Assembly: GCA_965223855.1 (NCBI GenBank)
Contig: CBDCXM010000009.1
Location: 1,632,001-1,696,000 of the forward strand
Direction of reading: 5' to 3'
DNA: 64,000 nucleotides
Source of the DNA: Candidatus Multivoradales bacterium
GTDB taxonomy: Bacteria > Acidobacteriota > Thermoanaerobaculia > Multivoradales > JAHEKO01
The notes beneath the pieces are model-generated. The model was not told the DNA's origin and did no database searches. It saw only the letters and a program-made list of their open reading frames with translations. Each line of letters opens with the position of its first letter. Positions within the stretch are counted from its first letter, which is position 1. Of the stretch, positions 44,986-54,334 are shown piece after piece. The translations under genes were made by a program, and so were the position numbers.

Positions 44986-45852
44986 TCAGTTCTCCAGGCG
45001 TTCCAGCAGAGCGCGGGCTTCGCGGATCGCCTGCATCTCCTCGAGCAGCCATCCCGGATGGGGCTCGCTCGCCACCACCTCGCGCAGCAGGTCGAGCCCT
45101 TCCTCACGGCGTCGCGGCTCGAACTCGACGAGGGCCTCGCCGAGGTAGTAGCGGGTCGTCAGGTCGTCGGGGGCGATCTCGAGGCACGTCTCGAGCTCGG
45201 CGACCGCGGTCTCGCGATCGATCCAACCGGTGACGAAGGGGATCTTCGGCGCCTCGGTGTGAAGCCGACCGAGAATCCGATGGCCGCCGCCATTCTCGAT
45301 CTTCGGGTCGAGCCACACCGATGCCTGCGCCCGGTCGCGGACCTTGCTGCCGACTCCCTCGCGAGCCGAGGCCAGCTTCCCCCGGGTGCGGCCCCACAAC
45401 CCCCAGTGGGCGGCGGACCAGAAGAGCACTTCTGCCGCTTCGGTCGGATCAGCATCGATGCGCTCACGCAGCTCGGAGGCGTTCAACTCGAGGATCGCCT
45501 CTCCGCCCAGCTGCTCGAGACCCTCCTCACCGAGCTCCCGGCCTCGGAGGAACACCTCCAACCGGGCGTCGCGATCTCTCAACACGTGCTCGCCCAGATA
45601 GAAGAGCGCCCGCGCCAGCTTCCAGCGCGCTTCGAGGCTGTCGGGTGAGGCCGCGAGGGCCGCCTCGTAGGCTGCGATCGCGCTTTCGATCGGCACCGCG
45701 GCTGCCCGCCCTTCGGACTGCCCTTCGGCCCGGCGCTCCCAGGCTGCGTCCCCCTCGGCGAGGTGCGCGTTCCCTCCGTCTGTCGGCGTTCCCTGGAGCG
45801 GGGTCGCCAGCAGCAGGAGCGTGGCGGCGGGGCGGGAGAGGCGCTCGATCAT
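44986..45852 (-). CDS. Secreted TPR-like helical protein
   Basis: Signal-like N-terminus, helical repeats, GGGHRILGRLHTEAP. Start at ATG 45852. Confidence 0.7.
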   Translation of the reverse strand: MIERLSRPAATLLLLATPLQGTPTDGGNAHLAEGDAAWERRAEGQSEGRAAAVPIESAIAAYEAALAASPDSLEARWKLARALFYLGEHVLRDRDARLEVFLRGRELGEEGLEQLGGEAILELNASELRERIDADPTEAAEVLFWSAAHWGLWGRTRGKLASAREGVGSKVRDRAQASVWLDPKIENGGGHRILGRLHTEAPKIPFVTGWIDRETAVAELETCLEIAPDDLTTRYYLGEALVEFEPRRREEGLDLLREVVASEPHPGWLLEEMQAIREARALLERLEN

Positions 45853-45859
45853 CCTCTCG

Positions 45860-46831
45860 TCAACCGGGTGCCTGGCCGAAGTTCTTCCGGTAGCGCTCGT
45901 CGAACTCGGCGCGATCGTAGCTGTGGGCCTGGGTTCCGTACTGTTCGACGGCGTAGGCCGAGGCGACGCTCCCCATGCGGCCGCAGACGGCGAGGTCGTA
46001 GCCGGCCGTCCAGCCGGCGAGAAAGCCGGCCCGGTAGGCATCCCCCGCGCCGGTCGGGTCGACCGCCTCGGAGACCGTCGCCGGAGGGATCTCGATCGGA
46101 GTCTCGTCGCGGCGCAGGATCCTGCTCCCCTGAGCTCCCAGGGTGACGACGGCGATATCGACGAGGTCGAAGAGTGCGTCGTCGCGGAATCCGGTCTTCT
46201 CCGAGAACACGGCGTGCTCGTAGTCGTTGAGCAGCATCGCCTTGGCACCGCGCGCGCACTCGCGCAACTGCGCACCTTCCATGTGCGTGACCTGGAACGA
46301 GGGGTCGAAGAAGAAGGTCATGCCCGCTTCTCGCGCCTCCCGGCAATGGCGCTCGATCGCCTTCGGGTCGTCGGGAGAGACGATCACCACCTCCGCTCCC
46401 CCGGCCAGCTCTCGCAGGCTGAGCTCCGGCGCCTGCGCCATGGCGCCGACGTGGAATCCCTGAATCTGGCTGTCGGACCGGTCGGTGGTGATGAAGGCCG
46501 AGGCGGTGATCTCGTCCTCGATGATGCGGATCGCGCTCGTATCGACGCCGCACCGGCGGAGAAAGGCGTCGTACTCGGCGAAGTCGTTGCCCGCCGTGCC
46601 GACGATCCGCGGCGTCGCCCCCAGCAGCGCCAGCGAGTAGGCGACGTTCCCGGCGCAGCCGCCGCGCTTCTTCTCGAGCCGATCGACGAGGAAGGAGATG
46701 TTGATGACGTGCAGCTTGTCCGGAAGGATGTGGTCGGCAAAGAGCCCCGGGAACGTCATGATGTGGTCCCAGGCGAGAGAGCCCGTGACCGCAATCGGAT
46801 CGCCGGCGCGTCTGGATTCGTGGGGGGCCAA
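45860..46831 (-). CDS. PfkB-family kinase (bacterial adenosine kinase-like)
   Basis: GSLAWDHIM.FPG.F, GGCAGNVAY, DPTGAGDAYRAG. Start uncertain (TTG 46831). Confidence 0.88.
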   Translation of the reverse strand: MAPHESRRAGDPIAVTGSLAWDHIMTFPGLFADHILPDKLHVINISFLVDRLEKKRGGCAGNVAYSLALLGATPRIVGTAGNDFAEYDAFLRRCGVDTSAIRIIEDEITASAFITTDRSDSQIQGFHVGAMAQAPELSLRELAGGAEVVIVSPDDPKAIERHCREAREAGMTFFFDPSFQVTHMEGAQLRECARGAKAMLLNDYEHAVFSEKTGFRDDALFDLVDIAVVTLGAQGSRILRRDETPIEIPPATVSEAVDPTGAGDAYRAGFLAGWTAGYDLAVCGRMGSVASAYAVEQYGTQAHSYDRAEFDERYRKNFGQAPG

Positions 46832-46986
46832 GGGGTCGCCGGAGAGCGGGTGCGTCGGGTGACGGAGATTGCCGAGAGGTCTTGCCGCGCCGGAAGCTGC
46901 GGCGCGCCGAATGTAGCAGACCGGCCCGCGTCCGACGACACGGGCCGGTGACACGAGAGGTGCGGGTCGCGACTGGCGATCGGCCG

Positions 46987-47649
46987 TCAGGGAAGGGGCT
47001 GCTGGTCGAGCGGCATGCAGATCGTCCCGTCGAAGCCGAAGACCGCGCGGCAGCGTTCGTCGATCGGGCAGTCGGAGAGGCCTTCGCACGGACGGACCGG
47101 AAAGTCGATGCACTGCGCCCGAACGTTGATCGAAGGCGGTACCGGGCTCGCCCACACCCGGCCTGCGGGGCACGAGTTGCAGCAGCCGCTCGCTGTACAC
47201 GCCTGTCCGAACGGGCAGTCGCGGTCGCCGCGGCAGCCGCCGCCGTCGCCGGGCTCGTCGTCGGGAGGTGTACCGCAGCCGCGCGGCACGCTCTCGTCGC
47301 AGAATCCGGCGAGACAGGTCTCGCCGCACAGGCAGTCGGCGTCCGAGTTGCAGCGGATGCTCGCCGGACGGCAGGTGTAGGTCTGGTTGCACCAGGTGTT
47401 GCACCAGGCATTCGAGTCGGCGACCGCGCTGGTGTTTCCCTGGCATGCGCTCGCCCAGAAGCTGCACTCGACGTGGGTGGCGTCACAGATCCCGCTGCCG
47501 CTGTCGGTCGAGCAGCCGTTCCAGTTGCCGGGTCCGCAGGTGAGCTGCGAGGTCGCCGTCGGTGCCTGAGCGAAGGCTACCGGGGCGAGGTGCGCGAGGG
47601 CGAGCGCTGCACAGGAGAGTGCGAAGAGGATCAGAGATCGCTGGGTCAT
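46987..47649 (-). CDS. Secreted cysteine-rich protein with CxxDxDC-type repeats
   Basis: Signal peptide (AFA-Q), 26 Cys in 220 aa, AAGGAA-type RBS upstream. Confidence 0.75.
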   Translation of the reverse strand: MTQRSLILFALSCAALALAHLAPVAFAQAPTATSQLTCGPGNWNGCSTDSGSGICDATHVECSFWASACQGNTSAVADSNAWCNTWCNQTYTCRPASIRCNSDADCLCGETCLAGFCDESVPRGCGTPPDDEPGDGGGCRGDRDCPFGQACTASGCCNSCPAGRVWASPVPPSINVRAQCIDFPVRPCEGLSDCPIDERCRAVFGFDGTICMPLDQQPLP

Positions 47650-47901
47650 TCGAAGTTCCTTTCGTGGGCCGCTGACGCCACGGTAGGCGGCGTCGTAGCG
47701 CCGGGCTTGATGGAGAGCTTCCGGGTTCCTGATGGTTCGCTGCTAGCGAGCTGCGGGAGGGAGCGCTCGATGGGGCAGGGGGGCCGGGAAGCGGGAGGGG
47801 GCGGGGGCTGTTGGAAGGAGTGAGGGGGTGCGCCCGGAGGTGCCCTGCCAGGGTGCCGTGCCGGAGTCTCCGTGCGTCTCGGGTAGACCGCCGGTGCCTG
47901 T

Positions 47902-50019
47902 TTGGTAGAAGCTCTGCCGACCGAGGTCCACGTGGATACCGTCGATTCTTCGCACACCAGCCGTCTTCTGACGGCCGAGCCGCTACTCGATCCGCCCGAG
48001 GAGCGGTCTCTGGCGACTGCGGTCGATCGCGCGGCTCACCGCCTGCTCGCCCTGCAGCAGGAGGACGGCCACTGGTGCGCAGAGCTCGAGGGAGACTCGA
48101 TTCTCGAGTCGGAGTACATCCTCACGCAGTGGTTCCTGGGCCGCACCGCCGAGGACAAGCTCGCCAAGGCGGCACGCCATCTGCGGGCGAGCCAGGAGGA
48201 GGACGGCGGCTGGTGCATCTACCCGGGTGGCGCGCCCGACGTCAATCCGACGGTCAAGGCCTACTTCGCGCTCAAGCTGGCCGGAGATCCACCCTCGGCG
48301 CCCCATATGCAGAAGGCGCTCGAGGTCGCCCGGCGTCTCGGCGGCATCGACGCCTGCAACTCCTTCACCAGAATCTACATGGCGGTGTTCGGCCAGTACC
48401 CCTGGGCGCGCTGCCCGGCGGTGCCGCCCGAGATCATCCTGCTGCCGTCCTGGTTCCCGTTCAACATCTACGAGATGTCGTCCTGGTCGCGGGCGATCGT
48501 CGTGCCGCTGTCGATCATCTGGGCGCTCAAACCGCACTGCGACGTGCCGGAGGCGCTCGCGGTCCCGGAACTCCTGGTGACCGATCCGGTCAACGGCTCG
48601 ACGGCCGCGGATTCACGGCAGGACTCGCTTTCCGCGCTCGCCTGGTCGAAGTTCTTCCGCGGTACCGACGCCGCGCTCAAGGTTTACGAGAAGGCGCCGT
48701 TCGCGCCGCTTCGCCGCCTTGCCCTCGAGCGGGCTCGCGAGTGGATCGTCCAGCGGCTCGACCGCAGCGACGGGCTCGGCGCGATCTTCCCGCCGATCGT
48801 CAACACGATCTACGCCTTCCGTGCGCTCGGCATGGCGATCGACGATCCGCTGCTGGCCGGTCAGATCGAGCAACTCGAACGGCTCGAGATCGAGGACGAG
48901 CACTCGCTGAGGATTCAGCCGTGCTTCTCGCCGGTGTGGGACACGGCGCTGGCGCTCCACGCGCTCCTGGAGGCCGGGCTCGCTCCGGACGCACCGGAGG
49001 CGGAGCGCGCGGCGAGCTGGCTGCTCGAGCGCGAGGTGACCTCGGTCGGCGACTGGTCCGTCAAGAGTGGGAACGAGACGGTGGGAGGCTGGTTCTTCGA
49101 GTACGCCAACGAGTTCTACCCGGACTGCGACGACACGGCGCAGGTCGTGACGACGCTTTCCGGCACCGCTTTCGGCGATCGCCCCCAGGAGGTCGGAGAG
49201 GGCGGTCATGGGAGGGGGTTGGGGACAGCGGGACTCGGTGCGGCCCGGGTCGAGGCGGCCCTCGATCGCGGCGTCGCCTGGCTTCGGGGGATGCAGAATC
49301 GCGACGGTGGATGGGCGTCGTTCGACAAGGACTGCGACCGGGAGTTCCTGAAGTACGTGCCGTTCGCCGACCACAACGCGATGGTCGATCCGGCGACGGT
49401 AGACATCACCGCCCGCGTGCTCGAGGCGTTTGCCGCTCGCGGCATTCCGCGCAGTGCGCCGGAGCTGCGCCGGGCGGTCCGCTTCATCCGCGGGCAGCAG
49501 GAGGCGGACGGCTCCTGGTTCGGCCGCTGGGGCTGCAACTACCTCTATGGCACCTGGCTCGGTCTGTGGGGCTTGCGCAAGGTCGGTGAGCGGCCGGGCG
49601 ACCCGGCGCTGCGGCGTGGCGGCGAGTGGCTCCTGTCGTGTCAGAACCGTGACGGCGGCTGGGGAGAGCTGCCGGACACCTACCGCGACGCCGCGCGCAA
49701 GGGAGAGGGACCGAGCACGGCATCGCAGACCGCCTGGGCGCTCCTGGGACTGGCGGCGGCCGACCTGGGTGGCAGCGACAGTGCGAACGCCGGGGTCGCC
49801 TACCTGCTGGAGCATCAGGAGGCCGAAGGGGGATGGAGCGACGCCTTCTGGACCGGCACCGGCTTTCCTGAGGTGTTCTACCTGCGCTATCACCTCTATG
49901 CGACCTATTTCCCGCTGCTGGCGCTGGCGACCTACCGCCGGCTCGCCGACGGCATCGATCCGTTCGCCGGCCCCCTGGACGGCTCCTCCAACGGCCCCGC
50001 GGGGAGCACAGCACAGTAG
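47902..50019 (+). CDS. shc: Squalene-hopene cyclase
   Basis: QW repeats (QQEDGHW, QEEDGGW, QNRDGGW, QEADGSW), catalytic DCDDTA, GRWGCNYLYGT, GTGFPEVFYLRY. Confidence 0.96.
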   Translation: MVEALPTEVHVDTVDSSHTSRLLTAEPLLDPPEERSLATAVDRAAHRLLALQQEDGHWCAELEGDSILESEYILTQWFLGRTAEDKLAKAARHLRASQEEDGGWCIYPGGAPDVNPTVKAYFALKLAGDPPSAPHMQKALEVARRLGGIDACNSFTRIYMAVFGQYPWARCPAVPPEIILLPSWFPFNIYEMSSWSRAIVVPLSIIWALKPHCDVPEALAVPELLVTDPVNGSTAADSRQDSLSALAWSKFFRGTDAALKVYEKAPFAPLRRLALERAREWIVQRLDRSDGLGAIFPPIVNTIYAFRALGMAIDDPLLAGQIEQLERLEIEDEHSLRIQPCFSPVWDTALALHALLEAGLAPDAPEAERAASWLLEREVTSVGDWSVKSGNETVGGWFFEYANEFYPDCDDTAQVVTTLSGTAFGDRPQEVGEGGHGRGLGTAGLGAARVEAALDRGVAWLRGMQNRDGGWASFDKDCDREFLKYVPFADHNAMVDPATVDITARVLEAFAARGIPRSAPELRRAVRFIRGQQEADGSWFGRWGCNYLYGTWLGLWGLRKVGERPGDPALRRGGEWLLSCQNRDGGWGELPDTYRDAARKGEGPSTASQTAWALLGLAAADLGGSDSANAGVAYLLEHQEAEGGWSDAFWTGTGFPEVFYLRYHLYATYFPLLALATYRRLADGIDPFAGPLDGSSNGPAGSTAQ

Positions 50020-50021
50020 CG

Positions 50022-51023
50022 ATGAGATTCCCGCTCCACATCACCACCGACATGATCGGCCACCAGATGCGACAGGCGGCGCGTGGCAACCGGCGCTATC
50101 CGTTCGTGCTGATGCTCGAACCGCTCTACACCTGCAATCTCGCCTGCATCGGCTGTGCGACCGAACGGCATACGGGCAAGCTTAAGGACCGTCTGCCGGT
50201 CGAAGCGTGTCTCGAGGCGGTCGAGACCTGCGGCGCGCCGGTCGTTTCGATCTGCGGCGGCGAGCCGACGCTCTATCCCGAACTGCCGGAGCTCGTCGCC
50301 GGCATCATCGATCGCCGCCGCCACATCTACCTGTGCACCAACGCCCTGCTGCTCGACGAAACGGTGTTCGACCGGGTCGCCCCCCACAAGCGGCTGACGA
50401 TCAACGTCCACCTCGATGGACTGCGTGAGACGCACGACTACGTCTGCGCGCGCGACGGCGTGTACGACAAGGCGATCGAGATGATCGCCGCGTCCAAGGA
50501 GCGCGGCTACCACGTGCTCACGAACACGACGATCTTCAAGGAGACCGACGTCGGGGAGGTGGAGGAGCTGTGCGAGCGACTGTTCGCGCTCGGGATCGAC
50601 GGCATGCTGATCTCGCCCGGCTACCAGTACGAGAGCGTCGAGCGCGACATCTTCCTCACCCGCGAAGACATGCACGCCAAGTTCGAACGGGTGCTCGAAC
50701 TGTCGAAGCGCTACCGCCTGACGTCGACACCGATGTTCCTCGAGTTCGCCGCCGGCAAGCGCGACTACGCCTGCTCGCCGTGGAGCACCGTCACCTTCAC
50801 GCCCAACGGCTGGAAGGGACCGTGCTACCTGATCGGCAAGGGACACACCTGGTCGTGGGAGGAGTTCTGGAACGACACCGACTGGGAGTACTGGGAATCG
50901 CGCCAGGACGATCTGTGTCAGAACTGCGCCATGCACTCCGGCTTCGAGGCGTCGGTGGTGATGGACCTGCGGCGCAGCCCGCGCGACATGGCGCGCCTGG
51001 CGGCGTGGAACCTGTTCGGCTGA
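50022..51023 (+). CDS. hpnH: Adenosyl-hopene transferase, radical SAM
   Basis: YPFVLMLEPLYTCNLACIGC, SICGGEP, YLCTNA, CQNCAMHSGFE; directly after shc. Confidence 0.92.
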   Translation: MRFPLHITTDMIGHQMRQAARGNRRYPFVLMLEPLYTCNLACIGCATERHTGKLKDRLPVEACLEAVETCGAPVVSICGGEPTLYPELPELVAGIIDRRRHIYLCTNALLLDETVFDRVAPHKRLTINVHLDGLRETHDYVCARDGVYDKAIEMIAASKERGYHVLTNTTIFKETDVGEVEELCERLFALGIDGMLISPGYQYESVERDIFLTREDMHAKFERVLELSKRYRLTSTPMFLEFAAGKRDYACSPWSTVTFTPNGWKGPCYLIGKGHTWSWEEFWNDTDWEYWESRQDDLCQNCAMHSGFEASVVMDLRRSPRDMARLAAWNLFG

Positions 51024-51048
51024 GCGACGTCCGGTTGCAGGAGTCGCC

Positions 51049-52035
51049 GTGAGGGTCCTCCTGACCGGTGCCTCCGGCTTCGTCGGCGGCAACCTGTTGC
51101 GTGCTCTCGAAGCGGACGGCTTCGACGTTCGCTGTCTGGTGAGAGCGACGAGCTCGCGGCGAATGCTCGAAGGCAGCTCCGCCGAGGTCGCCGAGGGCGA
51201 CCTGCGCGACCCTGAAGCGGTTCGCGCGGCAGCCGAGGGGTGTGAGCGGGTCTTTCACGTCGCCGCCGACTACCGCCTCTTCGTGCGCCACCCGCCGGAG
51301 ATGTACGCCACCAACGTCGACGGCACCGCCAACGTGCTCGCCGCGGCCGCCGACGCGGGAGTCGCGAGGGTCGTCTACACGAGTACCGTCGGCACCCTGG
51401 GGCCGATGCCGGACGACTCGCCCGCCGACGAGACTCACGACATCGGCCTCGATGCGATGGTCGGGCACTACAAGCGCAGCAAGTTCCTCGCCAAGCAGGA
51501 GGCGAAGCGGTGGGTGCGGCGCGGACTCGACGTCGTCATCGTCCACCCCTCGGCGCCGGTCGGCGAAGGGGACCACAAACCGACGGCGACGGGGAAGATC
51601 GTCCTCGACTTCCTGCGCCGGCGGATGCCGGCCTACGTCGATACCGGCCTGAATCTGGTCGACGTGCGGGACGTCGCCCGAGGCCATCTGCTGGCGGCAC
51701 GGCGTGGCAGGAGCGGGGAGGAGTACATCCTCGGCGGCCGCAACATGACGCTGTCCGAGATCCTCGAAGCGCTCGCCGACATCACCGGCCTGCCGGCGCC
51801 GAAGCGACGGCTGCCGCACTGGCTGCCGCTGTCGCTGGCTTACGTCGACACGGCGATCAGTCGGCTTCTGCCGCGCGAGCCGTGGCTCGCCCTCGAGGCG
51901 CTGCAACTCGCCCGCCACAAGATGTACTTCGACAGCGGGAAGGCCGAGCGAGAGCTCGGCTACGCGCCCGGGCCGCCCGAGGCGGCACTCGAGCGGGCGG
52001 TCGACTGGTATCGCGAGCACGGCTACGTCACATGA
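51049..52035 (+). CDS. hpnA: Hopanoid-associated NAD-dependent epimerase/dehydratase
   Basis: TGASGFVG, FHVAADYRL, YKRSK, KPTATG, AYVDTGLN. Confidence 0.9.
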   Translation: MRVLLTGASGFVGGNLLRALEADGFDVRCLVRATSSRRMLEGSSAEVAEGDLRDPEAVRAAAEGCERVFHVAADYRLFVRHPPEMYATNVDGTANVLAAAADAGVARVVYTSTVGTLGPMPDDSPADETHDIGLDAMVGHYKRSKFLAKQEAKRWVRRGLDVVIVHPSAPVGEGDHKPTATGKIVLDFLRRRMPAYVDTGLNLVDVRDVARGHLLAARRGRSGEEYILGGRNMTLSEILEALADITGLPAPKRRLPHWLPLSLAYVDTAISRLLPREPWLALEALQLARHKMYFDSGKAERELGYAPGPPEAALERAVDWYREHGYVT

Positions 52036-52751
52036 CGGTCGTCGTCGTCGCGGCGATGCCGGAGGAGATGGAGCCGCTGGCGAAGGCCGCTGGAGCCCGC
52101 GCGCCGCATACGGGAGCGGTGGTCGAGGGGGTCCTCGGCAGCCGCCGGTTGCTGCTGACGGTGACGGGGGAGGGGAGCACGGCAGCCACCGCCGCGCTCG
52201 ATACCGTGCTGCGGTCGGCCGAAGCCGACTGCGTCCTCGGAATCGGAGTGGGCGGTGGACTGACCGCGGGCCTCGGCAGTGCCGAGCTGGTGGTCGCTCG
52301 ACGGGTGGTCGAGGCGGAAACGGGGGCGGAGCATCACACCGGCGCAACGCCCTGGTCGGCCCGGGCGCTGGCCGCACCGGGCGTTCATGTCGGCTCGATC
52401 GTCAGCGTGACCGAGATTCTCTCGACTCACCGCCAGAAGGCGGCGATCGCGCCGCTCGCCGCCGGTGAGGCCGCCGTCGTCGATCTCGAAAGTTGGTCGT
52501 GGGCCGACACCAGCCTCCGCCATGGGGTGCCGTGCGCCGTCGCCAAGTGCGTCTGCGATCCGTTGGAGGAGGACCTGCCGCTCGACTTCGAGCGTCTGCG
52601 GGGCCCGTCCGGGACGGTCGATCGCCGACGGGTGATCGCTCACGCCCTGCCGCGGCCGACGTTGTGGCCGGCGTTGCGACGACTGGAACGGACGGTAGGC
52701 GAAGGGGCGCGGGCGACCGCGGACTGGGTGCGCTTCGTGGTCTCGCCGTGA
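52032..52751 (+). CDS. hpnG: Hopanoid-associated nucleoside phosphorylase/nucleosidase
   Basis: ATGA overlap; VVAAMPEE, GIGVGGGL, VVDLES (PNP_UDP_1 fold); hopanoid context. Confidence 0.75.
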   Translation: MTVVVVAAMPEEMEPLAKAAGARAPHTGAVVEGVLGSRRLLLTVTGEGSTAATAALDTVLRSAEADCVLGIGVGGGLTAGLGSAELVVARRVVEAETGAEHHTGATPWSARALAAPGVHVGSIVSVTEILSTHRQKAAIAPLAAGEAAVVDLESWSWADTSLRHGVPCAVAKCVCDPLEEDLPLDFERLRGPSGTVDRRRVIAHALPRPTLWPALRRLERTVGEGARATADWVRFVVSP

Positions 52752-54169
52752 GAGGGCCCCGGATGGGGAGACGTGCCCTTGGATTGGCGTGGACCCTGTT
52801 CGTGGGTGCCGGCCTCGCGCTCGCGCCGTCGGCCGGGGCGGACGGCCGGGCCGATCCTCCGGCTGGCTCGCGGCCGGAGCGCACCCTCCTGGTCGTCCTC
52901 GACGCGGTGCCTTTCGAGGTTGCCCGCGAGGCGATCGACGAAGGAAGCCTGCCGGGCCTGGCGGCGCCGGTCCCGCTGGTGAGCACCTTCCCTTCCACCA
53001 CCAGCGTTGCGCTGCCGGCGATCTTCGAACGTCTCGGCATGGGGCGCTCGCCCGGCTACGAAGCGCGGTTCTTCGATTGGACCCGCGGCCGTCGTCGCGG
53101 CGGTGGCCCCGCCAGCTACTTCAGGATCCACTTCCCGTGGCGGGAGTTCTTCGACTGGCGGCGTCCGGGACCGTTCGCCAACGCCGTGCACGCGCTGCGG
53201 CCGATCCGCGCCGGCGTGCGCGAGTTCGAGCGCGCGCTCGCCGCCTTCGCCGGGAGCGACCAGCCGCTCTTCACCATCTACCTGGCGGACACCGACACCG
53301 CCGGCCATCTCTCGGGGCCGGCCGGTCTCCTCGCCATGGTCCGGAATCTCGGCACGGCGCTCGAGCGAACGAGGCGCGCCGAAGAGTCTCGCGGAAGGTC
53401 GTTCCGAGCCGTCCTCCTTTCGGACCACGGCCTTGCCGGCGGGCGGCCGCTTCGCAACGTGCTGCCGCCGATGAAGAGGCGATTGATCGCCGACGGCTGG
53501 CGCCTCTCGACCCGACGCCTCGCCGGGCCGCGACAGGTCGTCCTCACTCCGTACGGGCTGGTCTCGAGCTTCGAGGCCTACGTGGAGCCGGGTCTCGAGA
53601 CTGAGCTGGCGGGCACGCTCGCCGCTGTCGAGGGGGTGGATCTTTGCGCGGCCCCGAGGGGCGACGGCTGGCGGATCGAGGCTGGTGGGGCGCGCATCGA
53701 TTTCGCGAGAGACGGCTCCGACGGCTGGCGGTGGTCCCTCTCCGGCGATCGCGAGGGAGCTCTGCCGACGCTGCTCGATTCCGTGGCTCCGGAGGGCTCG
53801 ATGGTTTCCGCGCAGCGGCTGCTGAAGGCGACCGCGAGGAGCCCCTACCCGGATCCCCTGGTGCGTATCGCGGAGGCGTTCGACGGCGTCGACAACCCTG
53901 CATCGGTGGTCTGTTCGCTGGCGAATGGGCACCTTTTCGGTGCGCGGGGGACCGAGCGCGCCGCCCGCTGGACCAAGGGCGCTCTTCAGTGGACCCATGG
54001 CGCGCTCGGGGACGAGGCTTCTCTCGGGTTCCTGGCGGTCGATCGCTGGCCCGCCGAGCCTCCGGCGGTGCTGCGCTACGATCAGGCGCTCGCGGTGGCC
54101 CTGTCGCCGGCGCTGCTGGCAGCGCGGACTTCTCGCCCCACCGCATTGTTCACCGGACCCCTCAGGTAG
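52748..54169 (+). CDS. Secreted alkaline-phosphatase/nucleotide pyrophosphatase superfamily protein
   Basis: GTGA overlap (alternative ATG 52763), signal peptide, LVVLDAV, STFPSTT, DTAGH, LSDHG, THG. Confidence 0.78.
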   Translation: MRGPRMGRRALGLAWTLFVGAGLALAPSAGADGRADPPAGSRPERTLLVVLDAVPFEVAREAIDEGSLPGLAAPVPLVSTFPSTTSVALPAIFERLGMGRSPGYEARFFDWTRGRRRGGGPASYFRIHFPWREFFDWRRPGPFANAVHALRPIRAGVREFERALAAFAGSDQPLFTIYLADTDTAGHLSGPAGLLAMVRNLGTALERTRRAEESRGRSFRAVLLSDHGLAGGRPLRNVLPPMKRRLIADGWRLSTRRLAGPRQVVLTPYGLVSSFEAYVEPGLETELAGTLAAVEGVDLCAAPRGDGWRIEAGGARIDFARDGSDGWRWSLSGDREGALPTLLDSVAPEGSMVSAQRLLKATARSPYPDPLVRIAEAFDGVDNPASVVCSLANGHLFGARGTERAARWTKGALQWTHGALGDEASLGFLAVDRWPAEPPAVLRYDQALAVALSPALLAARTSRPTALFTGPLR

Positions 54170-54334
54170 GCCGCATGACACTGAACCTGTTTCGTTTTCC
54201 GGCCGCCGCGCTCCTCGACGTGGCTCCGGCAATGTCTGTGGTGCTCGCGACCGGAGTCGCATCTTCAGCAACCTGCGACCTGCGAGAGCACAGTGGCGCG
54301 AGAGGCCCGCGCTAGGTTCGCGAGCGAGCCGACC

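Noticed and set aside
54176-54315. Small ORF MTLNLFRF... between the phosphatase gene and fni
   Set aside because: No convincing RBS, motif or codon bias; more likely promoter or UTR sequence.
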